Shown here piece after piece: positions 25,099 through 33,821 of a stretch of 33,821 nt of DNA. Each line of letters starts with the position of its first letter. The stretch's first letter is position 1. This DNA comes from a virus (lineage: Duplodnaviria > Caudoviricetes), in IMG/VR virus record IMGVR_UViG_3300028829_005164, positions 1 to 33,821 of that record; one strand, given 5' to 3'. Below the pieces are notes generated by a model, which was not told the DNA's origin, ran no database searches, and saw only the letters and a program-made list of their open reading frames with translations. The position numbers were made by a program, and so were the translations under genes.

Positions 25099-25917
25099 AT
25101 GTCAAAAGGATCTTCACCAACAAATGTAACAACGACTACTTCGGCAGAGCCAAGTGAGTTTATTAGACCATACTATCAACAAGCAATAGATTATGGACAG
25201 GATTTGTTTGAGTCACAAACACCTCAATATTTTCCAGAAGCAACTTATACAAATTTTGCACCGCAAACGGAGACTGCTCTACAACTTGCACAAGCAAGAG
25301 CTATAGGTGGTAATCCGTTATTAGGATCAGCACAAAATGAAATAAATAGTATTTTACAAGGCAACTATTTAAATCCATCAAGCAATCCTTTTTTACAAGG
25401 TGTAGCAAATCAAGTATCTGATGATGTTACCAGTAGAGTTAATTCACAATTTACCAAAGCAGGAAGATTAGGCTCTGGTGCAAATCAAGAAATATTAACA
25501 AGAGAATTAGCAGACGCACAAAATAGATTATATGCCGATAACTTTGCACAAGAACGTAATAGACAATTCCAAGCAACGCAATTAGCACCGCAACTCGCAC
25601 AAGCCGATTACGATGATATTAATGCATTATCAAATGTTGGACAACAACGAGAAGCATTAGAAATGGCTAAGCTACAAGATTCTATTAGTAGATTTGATTT
25701 CGAAAATCAGAGACCTTTTCTTAAACTTAGAGAATATCTTGGTACTCTTGGTGCAAACGTACCAACAACTACTGCAAGTACACAACCAGTCTTTAGAAAC
25801 ACAGGTGCAGGATTACTTGGTGGAGCAATGACAGGTGCAAAACTTGGTGGTCAAATATCTGGTCTTAGTCCAATGGCAGGTGCAATTGGTGGTGGATTAC
25901 TTGGAGGATTTTTCTAA
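25099..25917 (+). CDS. Internal virion / DNA ejection protein
   Basis: Q/A-rich helical protein with Gly-rich hydrophobic C-terminus (GLLGGAMTGA...GGGLLGGFF). Confidence 0.65.
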   Translation: MSKGSSPTNVTTTTSAEPSEFIRPYYQQAIDYGQDLFESQTPQYFPEATYTNFAPQTETALQLAQARAIGGNPLLGSAQNEINSILQGNYLNPSSNPFLQGVANQVSDDVTSRVNSQFTKAGRLGSGANQEILTRELADAQNRLYADNFAQERNRQFQATQLAPQLAQADYDDINALSNVGQQREALEMAKLQDSISRFDFENQRPFLKLREYLGTLGANVPTTTASTQPVFRNTGAGLLGGAMTGAKLGGQISGLSPMAGAIGGGLLGGFF

Positions 25918-27353
25918 TGGCACAATATTCAGCATTAAATTTGCCTAAAACTTTAATGGGAGAGCCAATACCTTTGCAACCTAACGCAAAAGTTTATGTT
26001 GGTGGTAGATCTTTATTAGACAATATTTATGGTCAAAGTTCTAACCCATTAATTCAAGCAAATCCCCCTAGTAAATTTAGGACTTCTAATATGGATGGTT
26101 ACAAAATGTTATCTAATATGGGACAGGGTAAACCAAGAAGATTTGTTAAATCTAATACACTTGATTTCTTAGATCCAAAAATAAATAATCCGTATTTACG
26201 AAACAATTTACTTATACCAAATCAACCTGCAAATGTACCATCAAACAGACAACCGCCTTTAGCAGTTGCAAATAATATGATGAATAATCAAAAACCTTCT
26301 ACAATGAAAAAAGTAGGACAAGGTTTATTAGATTTTGCTTCATCACCATATGGATCTGGATTTGCACAAGGCTTGTTAAATGCAAGTGCTTACTCTCCTA
26401 TGCCTGTTAGTTTTGGACAAGCTTTAGGTCAAGCAATGGCAGAAGCAGATAAAAGTGTTGATAGAGATTATCAAAAAGAACAAGACAAGTTTCTTAACGA
26501 ATTAAAATCAAAAGAAGATAGCAGAACACAAGAAAAATTTGATAAAGAAATGTCATTATTGGATCAATCAATTTTAGATAATGAAGAAGTAAAAGGTATT
26601 TTAAAAGATACAAGAATGTCTGATTTTGAATCTGACAGAGATTATTACAGATCAGTTGGTAATGAATTATTAAAATTAGGTAAGGTTAATGAAGCAAAAG
26701 AATTTATGGCTTTGGCAAAACCTAAAAGTGATATTGAATTACGAAAAGATATTTATACTGCAAACAAAGATGAAGGTAAAGTTTACAAGGATGTAAAAGA
26801 TGCCATTGTAAATTATCAAGGCTTACAAGCCGCACTTCGAGGAAGTGATGGATCGTCTGCATACGCAACAATGATTAAGTTTATTAAAGGCTTAGATAAT
26901 TCTGTTGTTCGTGAGGGTGAAGTAAGAAGTTTTGAAAACTTTCAAGGTGTTTACAATAAATTAAAAATTGAAATTGATAAAGCACAAGGTAAAGGTTTTC
27001 CACCAGAAACTAAATCAACTATTGCTAATTTATCAAATGAAACTTTTACAGCTTTAATTGAAGATTATAAAAATTACCAACAACAAAAATCAGAAGGTAT
27101 TTATGGACAATTAGGTATGTCACCAGAATTAATTTTTTCTGGTTATGATACCTCATCAATTGAAAGTGAATTAAACAAAAGTTACACCGCAGAAGATTTT
27201 TCTACACAAGCAATGTACGATCAATTTGGTCAACTTGGTGATGTAAAAAGAAGATTTAAAGATAAATCCGATGAAGAAATTACAGAATATATAAAGACAG
27301 CCGATCCGTTAGAAGTTCAGCACTTTATTAATCTAGGTTTTGTTGATCAATAA
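25917..27353 (+). CDS. Putative internal virion / ejection protein
   Basis: Position; P/N-rich N-terminus, coiled coil, LDNSVVREGE motif. Confidence 0.6.
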   Translation: MAQYSALNLPKTLMGEPIPLQPNAKVYVGGRSLLDNIYGQSSNPLIQANPPSKFRTSNMDGYKMLSNMGQGKPRRFVKSNTLDFLDPKINNPYLRNNLLIPNQPANVPSNRQPPLAVANNMMNNQKPSTMKKVGQGLLDFASSPYGSGFAQGLLNASAYSPMPVSFGQALGQAMAEADKSVDRDYQKEQDKFLNELKSKEDSRTQEKFDKEMSLLDQSILDNEEVKGILKDTRMSDFESDRDYYRSVGNELLKLGKVNEAKEFMALAKPKSDIELRKDIYTANKDEGKVYKDVKDAIVNYQGLQAALRGSDGSSAYATMIKFIKGLDNSVVREGEVRSFENFQGVYNKLKIEIDKAQGKGFPPETKSTIANLSNETFTALIEDYKNYQQQKSEGIYGQLGMSPELIFSGYDTSSIESELNKSYTAEDFSTQAMYDQFGQLGDVKRRFKDKSDEEITEYIKTADPLEVQHFINLGFVDQ

Positions 27354-27367
27354 GGAATAAAAAAAAT

Positions 27368-28894
27368 ATGGCTACAAAAAATATAAGTGTTTCACAAATA
27401 AGGGATGATATTAATCCTTCAACAGTCCAACAAAATATACCAAGAAAAAATAGTGATATTACAAATTTTGCTAGAACTATTCTTGGACAAGGAACTCTAC
27501 TTGGTTTTGGTGATGAATTAGAAGCAGGTGTAAGAAACATTTTTGATAAAAGAGGATACGGAGAAATTTTAGATGAAGTGCAAGGAGAACTTAAACAATT
27601 TAAAAAAGATCGACCTGTAGCTTCTGTTGTCTCTGAAATTGCAGGATCACTTCCAAGTGGTGCATTAGGGATAGGTAAAACACTTGTTAAAACCGCAATT
27701 AAATCTGGTGGATTAGGTGCAATTTACGGAGCAGGTGCAACGGATACTTCTGATACAGAAACATTAGGAGAGGAAGCAACAAAAAGAATTCAAAATGCTG
27801 TCAACTCTGCTGTGTTTAGTGCAGGTGTTGGTGCAGGAGCTCAAAAATTATTTAAGACAAGTAAAGAAGCAAAAAAATTATTAGATAAAGGTGTAGAACT
27901 TTCTCCTGCACAAACAATAGACGGAGCATTAGGATCTGGTTTAAAAAAAATAGAAGAAGCGTTAACAAGCATTCCTGTTGTTGGCACAAGTAGTATGATG
28001 AAAAACGTTAAAAGAACGTATAATATTGCTGTAGCAAATGAAATAGGAAAACCAATTGGTGTTGTTATTCCAAAGAATACACCTTTAAGAGATGTATCAA
28101 AAATTTTAACACAAAAAATTAAAACAGCTATTGATGACTCTGCGGAAAATTTGATTTTAAAATCACCAGATGAATTATTAGATAATATTATTGTTGGAAT
28201 TAAAAATTCTAAAGCCGATCAAAAAATTATAAATAGAGAAATTAAAAAGTTTAATGATATTTTTATGCGAGACATAAAAATTACTCCAGAAGGTTTTATT
28301 AAAGGTAGTAGTATTCAAAAACTAGATGAGTATTTACGAGCATTAGGTAAAGATTTTGCAGATGCCGATAACTATGATCTACGTTTAATTTCAGATGTAT
28401 TTAATAAAGGTGCAGATGATTTAGCAAATGCATTAAAAAAAGATAGTGGAGAAAGTATTTACAATACTTACAAAGCAACTAAAAACGCATACAAAAATTT
28501 AGTAATATTTAATAGAGCTTCTATAAGTTCTGCTAAAGAAGGATTTGAGCCAAGCCAATTAATAAAATCAAATATAATTAATGATCCAACAAAAGGTAAA
28601 GTTGGAACAATTTTAGGTAAAGGTGAATTACAAGACATCGCACAAACAGGTCAAAGTGTAATTGGAAAAACTGTGCCAGATAGTGGTACAGCACTAAGGG
28701 TAGGCGTTGGTAGTGGTTTACTTGGTGGTGGTTATTTAACAGGTGTTAATCCTGTGGCAGGAGGAATAGGTGCAATGGGGTTACTTGCATATAAAAGTCC
28801 ATTTTTTAGAAATGCATTAATTGGTGGAAAAGGAATAACAAAAGCTTCTCCATATTTAGGATCAACATTAGGTGAAAGGATTGGTTTAAAATGA
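27368..28894 (+). CDS. Putative internal virion / DNA transfer protein
   Basis: QG..LGFGDELEA, Gly/Ala-rich hydrophobic segments, VPDSGTA.R motif. Confidence 0.65.
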   Translation: MATKNISVSQIRDDINPSTVQQNIPRKNSDITNFARTILGQGTLLGFGDELEAGVRNIFDKRGYGEILDEVQGELKQFKKDRPVASVVSEIAGSLPSGALGIGKTLVKTAIKSGGLGAIYGAGATDTSDTETLGEEATKRIQNAVNSAVFSAGVGAGAQKLFKTSKEAKKLLDKGVELSPAQTIDGALGSGLKKIEEALTSIPVVGTSSMMKNVKRTYNIAVANEIGKPIGVVIPKNTPLRDVSKILTQKIKTAIDDSAENLILKSPDELLDNIIVGIKNSKADQKIINREIKKFNDIFMRDIKITPEGFIKGSSIQKLDEYLRALGKDFADADNYDLRLISDVFNKGADDLANALKKDSGESIYNTYKATKNAYKNLVIFNRASISSAKEGFEPSQLIKSNIINDPTKGKVGTILGKGELQDIAQTGQSVIGKTVPDSGTALRVGVGSGLLGGGYLTGVNPVAGGIGAMGLLAYKSPFFRNALIGGKGITKASPYLGSTLGERIGLK

Positions 28895-30936
28895 CAGTTA
28901 GTAATTATTCAACAACGTCAGCTAACAACACAACTATTAATAGCATTAACATTGCAGAGGGATGTCCTCCCTCAAATATTAATAATGCGATTAGAAATGA
29001 GCTTAGTGATATTCGTACATTTTTAAATGACAGCCAATGGTTTATAGTCGGAGATCGTGATGGTGCTTGCACCTTTACTAGAGCTTCTACAACTTCTGTT
29101 ACTGTTGCATCAACAAATGTAACCGCAGATTATCATCAACACCGCAGAGTAAAAGTTGTAGGGAGTAACTCTGGCGTTTTATATGGTAAGATTGCATCAT
29201 CAAGTTTTTCTACTAACACAACAATTAATTTTACTTTTGATAGCGGAACAATTTCATCAAGTGACTCAACAGTCGATGTATATGTTGGATCACCTTATGT
29301 TAATCCTGCTATTCCTGTTGTTGATGAAGATGATATGGCTAGTAATAGTTCTCTTTTGCCACCTTCACAGCAATCAGTAAAAGCTTACTCTGATAGTGCA
29401 ACACAAACTTTAACTAATAAAACTTTAACAAGTCCAATCTTAACAAGTCCAGTTCTTAACACATCATTATCTGGTACAGCATTTAAAGATGAAGATGATA
29501 TGGCAAGTGATAGTGCGACTGCTGTTGCATCACAACAAAGTATCAAAGCATTTGTTCAAAGCCAAATTACAGCACAAGATTTAGACATTAGTGATGGCTC
29601 TTCTACAATAGCTATTGATCTTGATAGTGAAACTTTAGGAATACTTGGTGGCACAGGAATAACATCAAGTGCATCTGGTAATAATGTTACTCTTGCTATT
29701 GACGGAACAGTAGTTACCGAAAGTTCAACTGATACTCTGACAAACAAAACTATTTCTGGAAGTTCTAACACACTTTCTAATATTGCTAATTCAAGTTTAA
29801 CAAATTCTTCTATAACTGTAACTGACGGATCATCTTCAACTGCAACTGCTCTTGGTGGTACAATTACTTATGCGGCAGGAGAAGGTTTAGATGTAGCAGA
29901 GTCTAGTGGCACAATTACTTATTCTGGAGAAGATGCAACAGTATCTAATAAAGGTGTAGCGTCTTTTGACACAAACAACTTTAGTGTTTCTAGTGGAGCA
30001 GTTTCTATTAAAACAGCAGGTGTTGGTAATACAGCAGTTGCAACAGGTATTGATGTTTCAAAACTTGCAGATGGAAGTGTCACAAATTCTGAATTTCAAT
30101 TTATCAATACTTTATCTTCCAACGCACAAGATCAATTAACTGCAAAATTAGTAAAGGCTTCAAACTTATCTGATGTTGCATCAGCTTCTACTTCAAGAAC
30201 AAATCTTGGTCTTGGAACTATAAGCACGCAAGCCTCAAATAATGTTTCTATAACTGGTGGCTCTATAAGTGGTTTATCTTTGCCAACAGCAGACACCGAA
30301 GCAAGTTCCAAATTGTATGTTGACAATGCAATCTCAGGAATGAGAACAAGAATAATTACAAGAGTTGCTACAACAGGTAATGTTAATTTAACAAATGGTT
30401 TAGAAAATGGAGATACTATTGATGGTATAACTTTACAAACTGGAGACAAAATTCTTGTTCGTTCAAATACAGATGCAACAGAGAATGGTATTTATATTTG
30501 TCCTAACTCTGGTACTGCATCAAGAGATACAAATTATGACACAGTAGAAGAACTCGCAGGTCAAATGATTGTTGTTCAACAAGGCTCAACAAATGCAGAT
30601 AAAATATTTTTATGTACTACTGATAATTCTGGCTCAATAGGAAGTGTAGATATTGTGTTCTCACAAGTTACACCTGCAAATCAAGGTACAGTTCAAAGTG
30701 TTGGTATTACACAATCTGGCTCAGAGTTTACTATTGGCAACACACCAATAACATCAAGTGGAAACATAACATTAAATGTAAACAGAATTTCGGCAACTAA
30801 GATTGGAGCAAACACTAACATTAGTGATACCGAATACGGATACTTAAACGGAGTATCTTCAAATATACAAACGCAACTAGACAATTCAGCATCATTGGGT
30901 GATGCTATTAGTTTTGCAGTTGCTTTAGGTAGTTAA
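28891..30936 (+). CDS. Tail fibre protein
   Basis: NIAEGCPPSNINNAIR head-binding-like start; S/T-rich repeats (TLTNKT, DEDDMAS); DGITLQTGDKILV...ENGIY; ends AVALGS. Confidence 0.85.
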   Translation: MTVSNYSTTSANNTTINSINIAEGCPPSNINNAIRNELSDIRTFLNDSQWFIVGDRDGACTFTRASTTSVTVASTNVTADYHQHRRVKVVGSNSGVLYGKIASSSFSTNTTINFTFDSGTISSSDSTVDVYVGSPYVNPAIPVVDEDDMASNSSLLPPSQQSVKAYSDSATQTLTNKTLTSPILTSPVLNTSLSGTAFKDEDDMASDSATAVASQQSIKAFVQSQITAQDLDISDGSSTIAIDLDSETLGILGGTGITSSASGNNVTLAIDGTVVTESSTDTLTNKTISGSSNTLSNIANSSLTNSSITVTDGSSSTATALGGTITYAAGEGLDVAESSGTITYSGEDATVSNKGVASFDTNNFSVSSGAVSIKTAGVGNTAVATGIDVSKLADGSVTNSEFQFINTLSSNAQDQLTAKLVKASNLSDVASASTSRTNLGLGTISTQASNNVSITGGSISGLSLPTADTEASSKLYVDNAISGMRTRIITRVATTGNVNLTNGLENGDTIDGITLQTGDKILVRSNTDATENGIYICPNSGTASRDTNYDTVEELAGQMIVVQQGSTNADKIFLCTTDNSGSIGSVDIVFSQVTPANQGTVQSVGITQSGSEFTIGNTPITSSGNITLNVNRISATKIGANTNISDTEYGYLNGVSSNIQTQLDNSASLGDAISFAVALGS

Positions 30937-30947
30937 GGAGAAAATAC

Positions 30948-31268
30948 ATGGCTAATAATTTTTCTGATGCTAGTGTCACAATTTCAAATGCTTCTTTAAC
31001 CGATATATTTACTGCATCTAATAAGTCTATGGTAATAGCAGGAGTTGTTTCTAATACAGGAACATCAGCCGTAAATATTTCAATTAAGAAGTATGACAAT
31101 TCAGCAACAGCAACTTTTACAATAATCAAAGATGCACCTCTACCTGTTGGAAGTAGTTTAGAAGTTCCTAAGATCGTTCTAAATACCTCTGATAAGGTAC
31201 AGGCACAATCAGACAACGCAAGTGGTAATATTGATGTTGTATTACAACTTTTAACAGATGTAGCATAA
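30948..31268 (+). CDS. Tail-fibre-associated small structural protein
   Basis: AAGGAG SD; MANNF start, IIKDAPLPVGSSLE, KIVL..SD motifs. Confidence 0.75.
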   Translation: MANNFSDASVTISNASLTDIFTASNKSMVIAGVVSNTGTSAVNISIKKYDNSATATFTIIKDAPLPVGSSLEVPKIVLNTSDKVQAQSDNASGNIDVVLQLLTDVA

Positions 31269-31269
31269 T

Positions 31270-32055
31270 ATGGGATATATTGGATCAAAACCTGCAACTA
31301 ACTTTGAAACAGTTAGAAAACAGGTATCTACAACAAATAGTGGAACAACTATTACGTTAGATTTTGCTGTTTCTAGTGTTCAAGATATATTGGTAACAGT
31401 TAATGCTGTTGTTCAAAGTTATGATAACTATAGTGTAAGTGGCACAACACTTACTCTTGGTGGTACTCTTAATAATGATAGAGTAGAGATCTTATATGTA
31501 GGTAGAACATTTCAAACTGTTAGTCCTGCAATCGGAACAGTAACCAATGACATGCTCGTTAATTCTAGTATTACATTAAATGGCTCGGCAGTTTCTTTAG
31601 GTGGCTCGGCTAATACTAGCTTTTTTTCTAGTACAGCTTTTTCATCTTATATAGGCTCTACACAAACTGTTACTTCAGGAGCACAAGTTACTCTTACTTT
31701 TGATACTGAAAGATATGATTTAGGAAATAATTTTAATACAAGCACTTACGCATATACTCCTCCAAGTACAGGATATTATATGTTTAATTTTGCAGTTTCT
31801 TTTAGAGGTGGAGCAAATACTAATTTGGCAAGATGTAATGTTGGTATGCAAAAAGCTAGTTCTACATTTCAAGATTGGGAAAAAGATTTTTCTGCAAGTT
31901 ATGTTTTAAATGCTGGTACCTCTGCTACCATATTTGCAAATGTTACTGATACAGATGCTTATAAACTATTTGTTAATGTAACAGACCAAAGTGGTAATCC
32001 CTCTGTTTTAGGAACTATAACAAATTCTTATTTTGAAGGGTATAGGATAGCATGA
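31270..32055 (+). CDS. Tail fibre module with C-terminal C1q-like domain
   Basis: MGYIG start, VNAVVQ...YSVSGTTLT, FDTERYDLGNNF.....YTPPSTGYYMF, ends FEGYRI. Confidence 0.75.
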   Translation: MGYIGSKPATNFETVRKQVSTTNSGTTITLDFAVSSVQDILVTVNAVVQSYDNYSVSGTTLTLGGTLNNDRVEILYVGRTFQTVSPAIGTVTNDMLVNSSITLNGSAVSLGGSANTSFFSSTAFSSYIGSTQTVTSGAQVTLTFDTERYDLGNNFNTSTYAYTPPSTGYYMFNFAVSFRGGANTNLARCNVGMQKASSTFQDWEKDFSASYVLNAGTSATIFANVTDTDAYKLFVNVTDQSGNPSVLGTITNSYFEGYRIA

Positions 32056-32387
32056 ATAATATAATTAATAAAATAAAAGCATACTTAGATAGAACACCAG
32101 ACTTTATAGAAGAAGTAAAACTTCAAGACGATATGGTAGATGGCAGTTCTAACCCATATATCAAAGAGTGGAACGCAACAGATAAACCTAAACCTACAGA
32201 CGCACAACTAGACGCATTATCTTCTCAAGCAACAACTTTAGAAAACAATGCAATCGCTGTAGCGAACAGACAAAAAGAATATGGAAGTATAGCTTCGCAA
32301 ATAGAATTTATTACAGAAAAAGGATTAGAAGCATGGAAAACAAATGTGCAATCTATCAAAACAAAATATCCAAAGGAGAGTGAATAA
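32052..32387 (+). CDS. Tail fibre chaperone-like protein
   Basis: LQDD...PYIKEW...KPTDAQL, R..EY, IKTKYPK motifs; follows a fibre module. Confidence 0.7.
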   Translation: MNNIINKIKAYLDRTPDFIEEVKLQDDMVDGSSNPYIKEWNATDKPKPTDAQLDALSSQATTLENNAIAVANRQKEYGSIASQIEFITEKGLEAWKTNVQSIKTKYPKESE

Positions 32388-32929
32388 TGCCTTTTACTTT
32401 ATTAAAACCGACAGGTATTGATTTAAGTCAAACCTTTGCTTTTACTGGTAGTGTTACAGGTGCAGGTGGTGGAAAATTATTACAAACACAAAGTACAGAA
32501 AGTAATGGAAGAACAACAATATCAAGTGGCAGTTTTACTGGAATTAATGGATTAGAAGATACTATTACTTGCTCTGCTTCTACATCAAAAGTTTTAATAA
32601 TGATTTCTGCTCAATTTGGTGCAGATAGTAATAATGCAAGTGTTACTTATGTTGGTGCTAAATTTAAATTATTTCGCAATCATAGTGGTATTAGTGAAAC
32701 AGAAGTTTACGCTACTAACTTTCAACATAATAGACCAGAAAATTCTGGTATGGATATGATATTTCAAAATAATTGTTCTATTGTTTATCTTGATAGTCCA
32801 AGCACAACTAATGAACTAACTTATTCTGTTAAAGGTCAAAATGACCCTTCTACTTCTGGTTTGGAGGTTATTCAAGGTGGCAGTAATGAATATGATAAAA
32901 CAATAACATTGATGGAGATAGGTGCATAA
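32387..32929 (+). CDS. Tail fibre / receptor-binding module
   Basis: GGGKLLQ, SKVLI, LDSPSTT..LTY, ITLMEIGA motifs. Confidence 0.75.
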   Translation: MPFTLLKPTGIDLSQTFAFTGSVTGAGGGKLLQTQSTESNGRTTISSGSFTGINGLEDTITCSASTSKVLIMISAQFGADSNNASVTYVGAKFKLFRNHSGISETEVYATNFQHNRPENSGMDMIFQNNCSIVYLDSPSTTNELTYSVKGQNDPSTSGLEVIQGGSNEYDKTITLMEIGA

Positions 32930-33093
32930 TGAAAGACAATTATTTATTTAAAGCAATAAAATCTATTAATGAAAACGCAGAGTTTAAATTTCAAGAACAA
33001 GACATTGATACTATTGAGTGGTTAAATGGCACAACACCAATAGCTAAAGATGTTCTTGAAACAAAAGTACAAGAAATAAAGGATAACGCATGA
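32929..33093 (+). CDS. 54-aa chaperone-like microprotein, not in ORF track
   Basis: MKDNYLFKAIKSINENAEF...IEWLNGTTPI...KDNA*; TAATG and ATGA overlaps on the two sides. Confidence 0.7.
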   Translation: MKDNYLFKAIKSINENAEFKFQEQDIDTIEWLNGTTPIAKDVLETKVQEIKDNA

Positions 33094-33821
33094 GCAATTA
33101 TTTAGGCAGAGGAATAGACCAAATAGATAATATTTCCACTTTAGATAATTTATCTTTTAGTGGTAGCACAGCAACATTTAACCTAACACAAAACTCAGTA
33201 GCTTTTGTACCAGTAAGTGCAGACGCATTACAAATTCAAATTGATGGTGTTATTCAAGCAAATAATTTTACAATCTCAGGCAGTAGTCTGACCTTTGATT
33301 TTGTGCCATCGGCTTCCAGTGTATGCAATTCAGTTAAACATTTTGGGGTTGGACTACTAACAACAGTTTCCGATGGTGCGGTTACAACAGCTAAACTTGG
33401 TGCAGACGCAGTAACAACAGCTAAAATAAATGATGGTGCTGTAACTTCTAGTAAAATTGCTAGTGGTGTAGTTCCAACTTTAAGACCTAATGCACAAGCG
33501 AACTAGTGTTAGTAGTGCAAATTCAAGTGGTTATAAAGCTATTGATAGATACAGACATACAATAAGCATAGGAACATGGACTATTTCACAATCAACTGAT
33601 TCGCCAAGTGATGAAGGTTTTGGATATTCTATGAAAATGGATTGCACAACAGCAGAAGCATCTCCAGGCTCAACTGATGCTTTAGCATTTGTACAGAAAA
33701 TAGAAGGTCAAGATTTACAACTTTTAAAAAAAGGAACAAGTAATGCTGAAAAACTAACAGTAGCTTTTTGGGTTAAATGTACCAAAACTGGAACAGCACA
33801 AGTAAATCTTGTTGATGAAGA
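33090..33821 (+). CDS. Tail fibre with carbohydrate-binding-like domain; frameshifted near 33500 and cut by the window end
   Basis: Frame 0 to 33506 (IDGVIQ, AVTTAK repeats); +1 frame open from 33484 to the end: TSVSSANSSGYKAIDR...QSTD..GFGYSMKMDCTTA...QKIEGQDLQ..KKGT...LTVAFWVK. Confidence 0.7.

Noticed and set aside
30948-33821. Diversity-generating retroelement or shufflon in the fibre region
   Set aside because: No reverse transcriptase, invertase, TR/VR pair or inverted cassettes seen in this window

Overview
AT-rich window that reads as most of the genome of a temperate, P22/podovirus-like tailed phage. It resembles uncultured marine phages; a low-GC marine alphaproteobacterial host is an inference. 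Order: membrane/lysis genes (GH24 endolysin, 3-TM holin) interrupted by a reverse-strand GHKL-ATPase/HExxH-metalloprotease gene; lysine-rich microproteins; tRNA-Ser(UGA); an intact attP-like site and tyrosine integrase; a leftward recombination/regulation operon; repressor; replication initiator and late activator; TerS, TerL, portal, scaffold; major capsid gene split by a 243-nt group I intron missed by the ORF track; adaptor, nozzle, HNH, ejection proteins and modular tail fibres. Main observations: (1) the attP core copies only a tRNA-Ser(UGA) anticodon stem-loop, and the phage carries a complete tRNA-Ser(UGA) with an altered stem next to it. (2) A second, inverted copy of the integrase site architecture (same core arms, same 11-bp repeats, same 29-bp spacing, different 7-bp spacer) lies between terS and terL. 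(3) The capsid gene contains an ORF-less group I intron. (4) The GHKL-metalloprotease gene sits in the lysis cassette like a moron. Family assignments come from motif recognition, not database searches.
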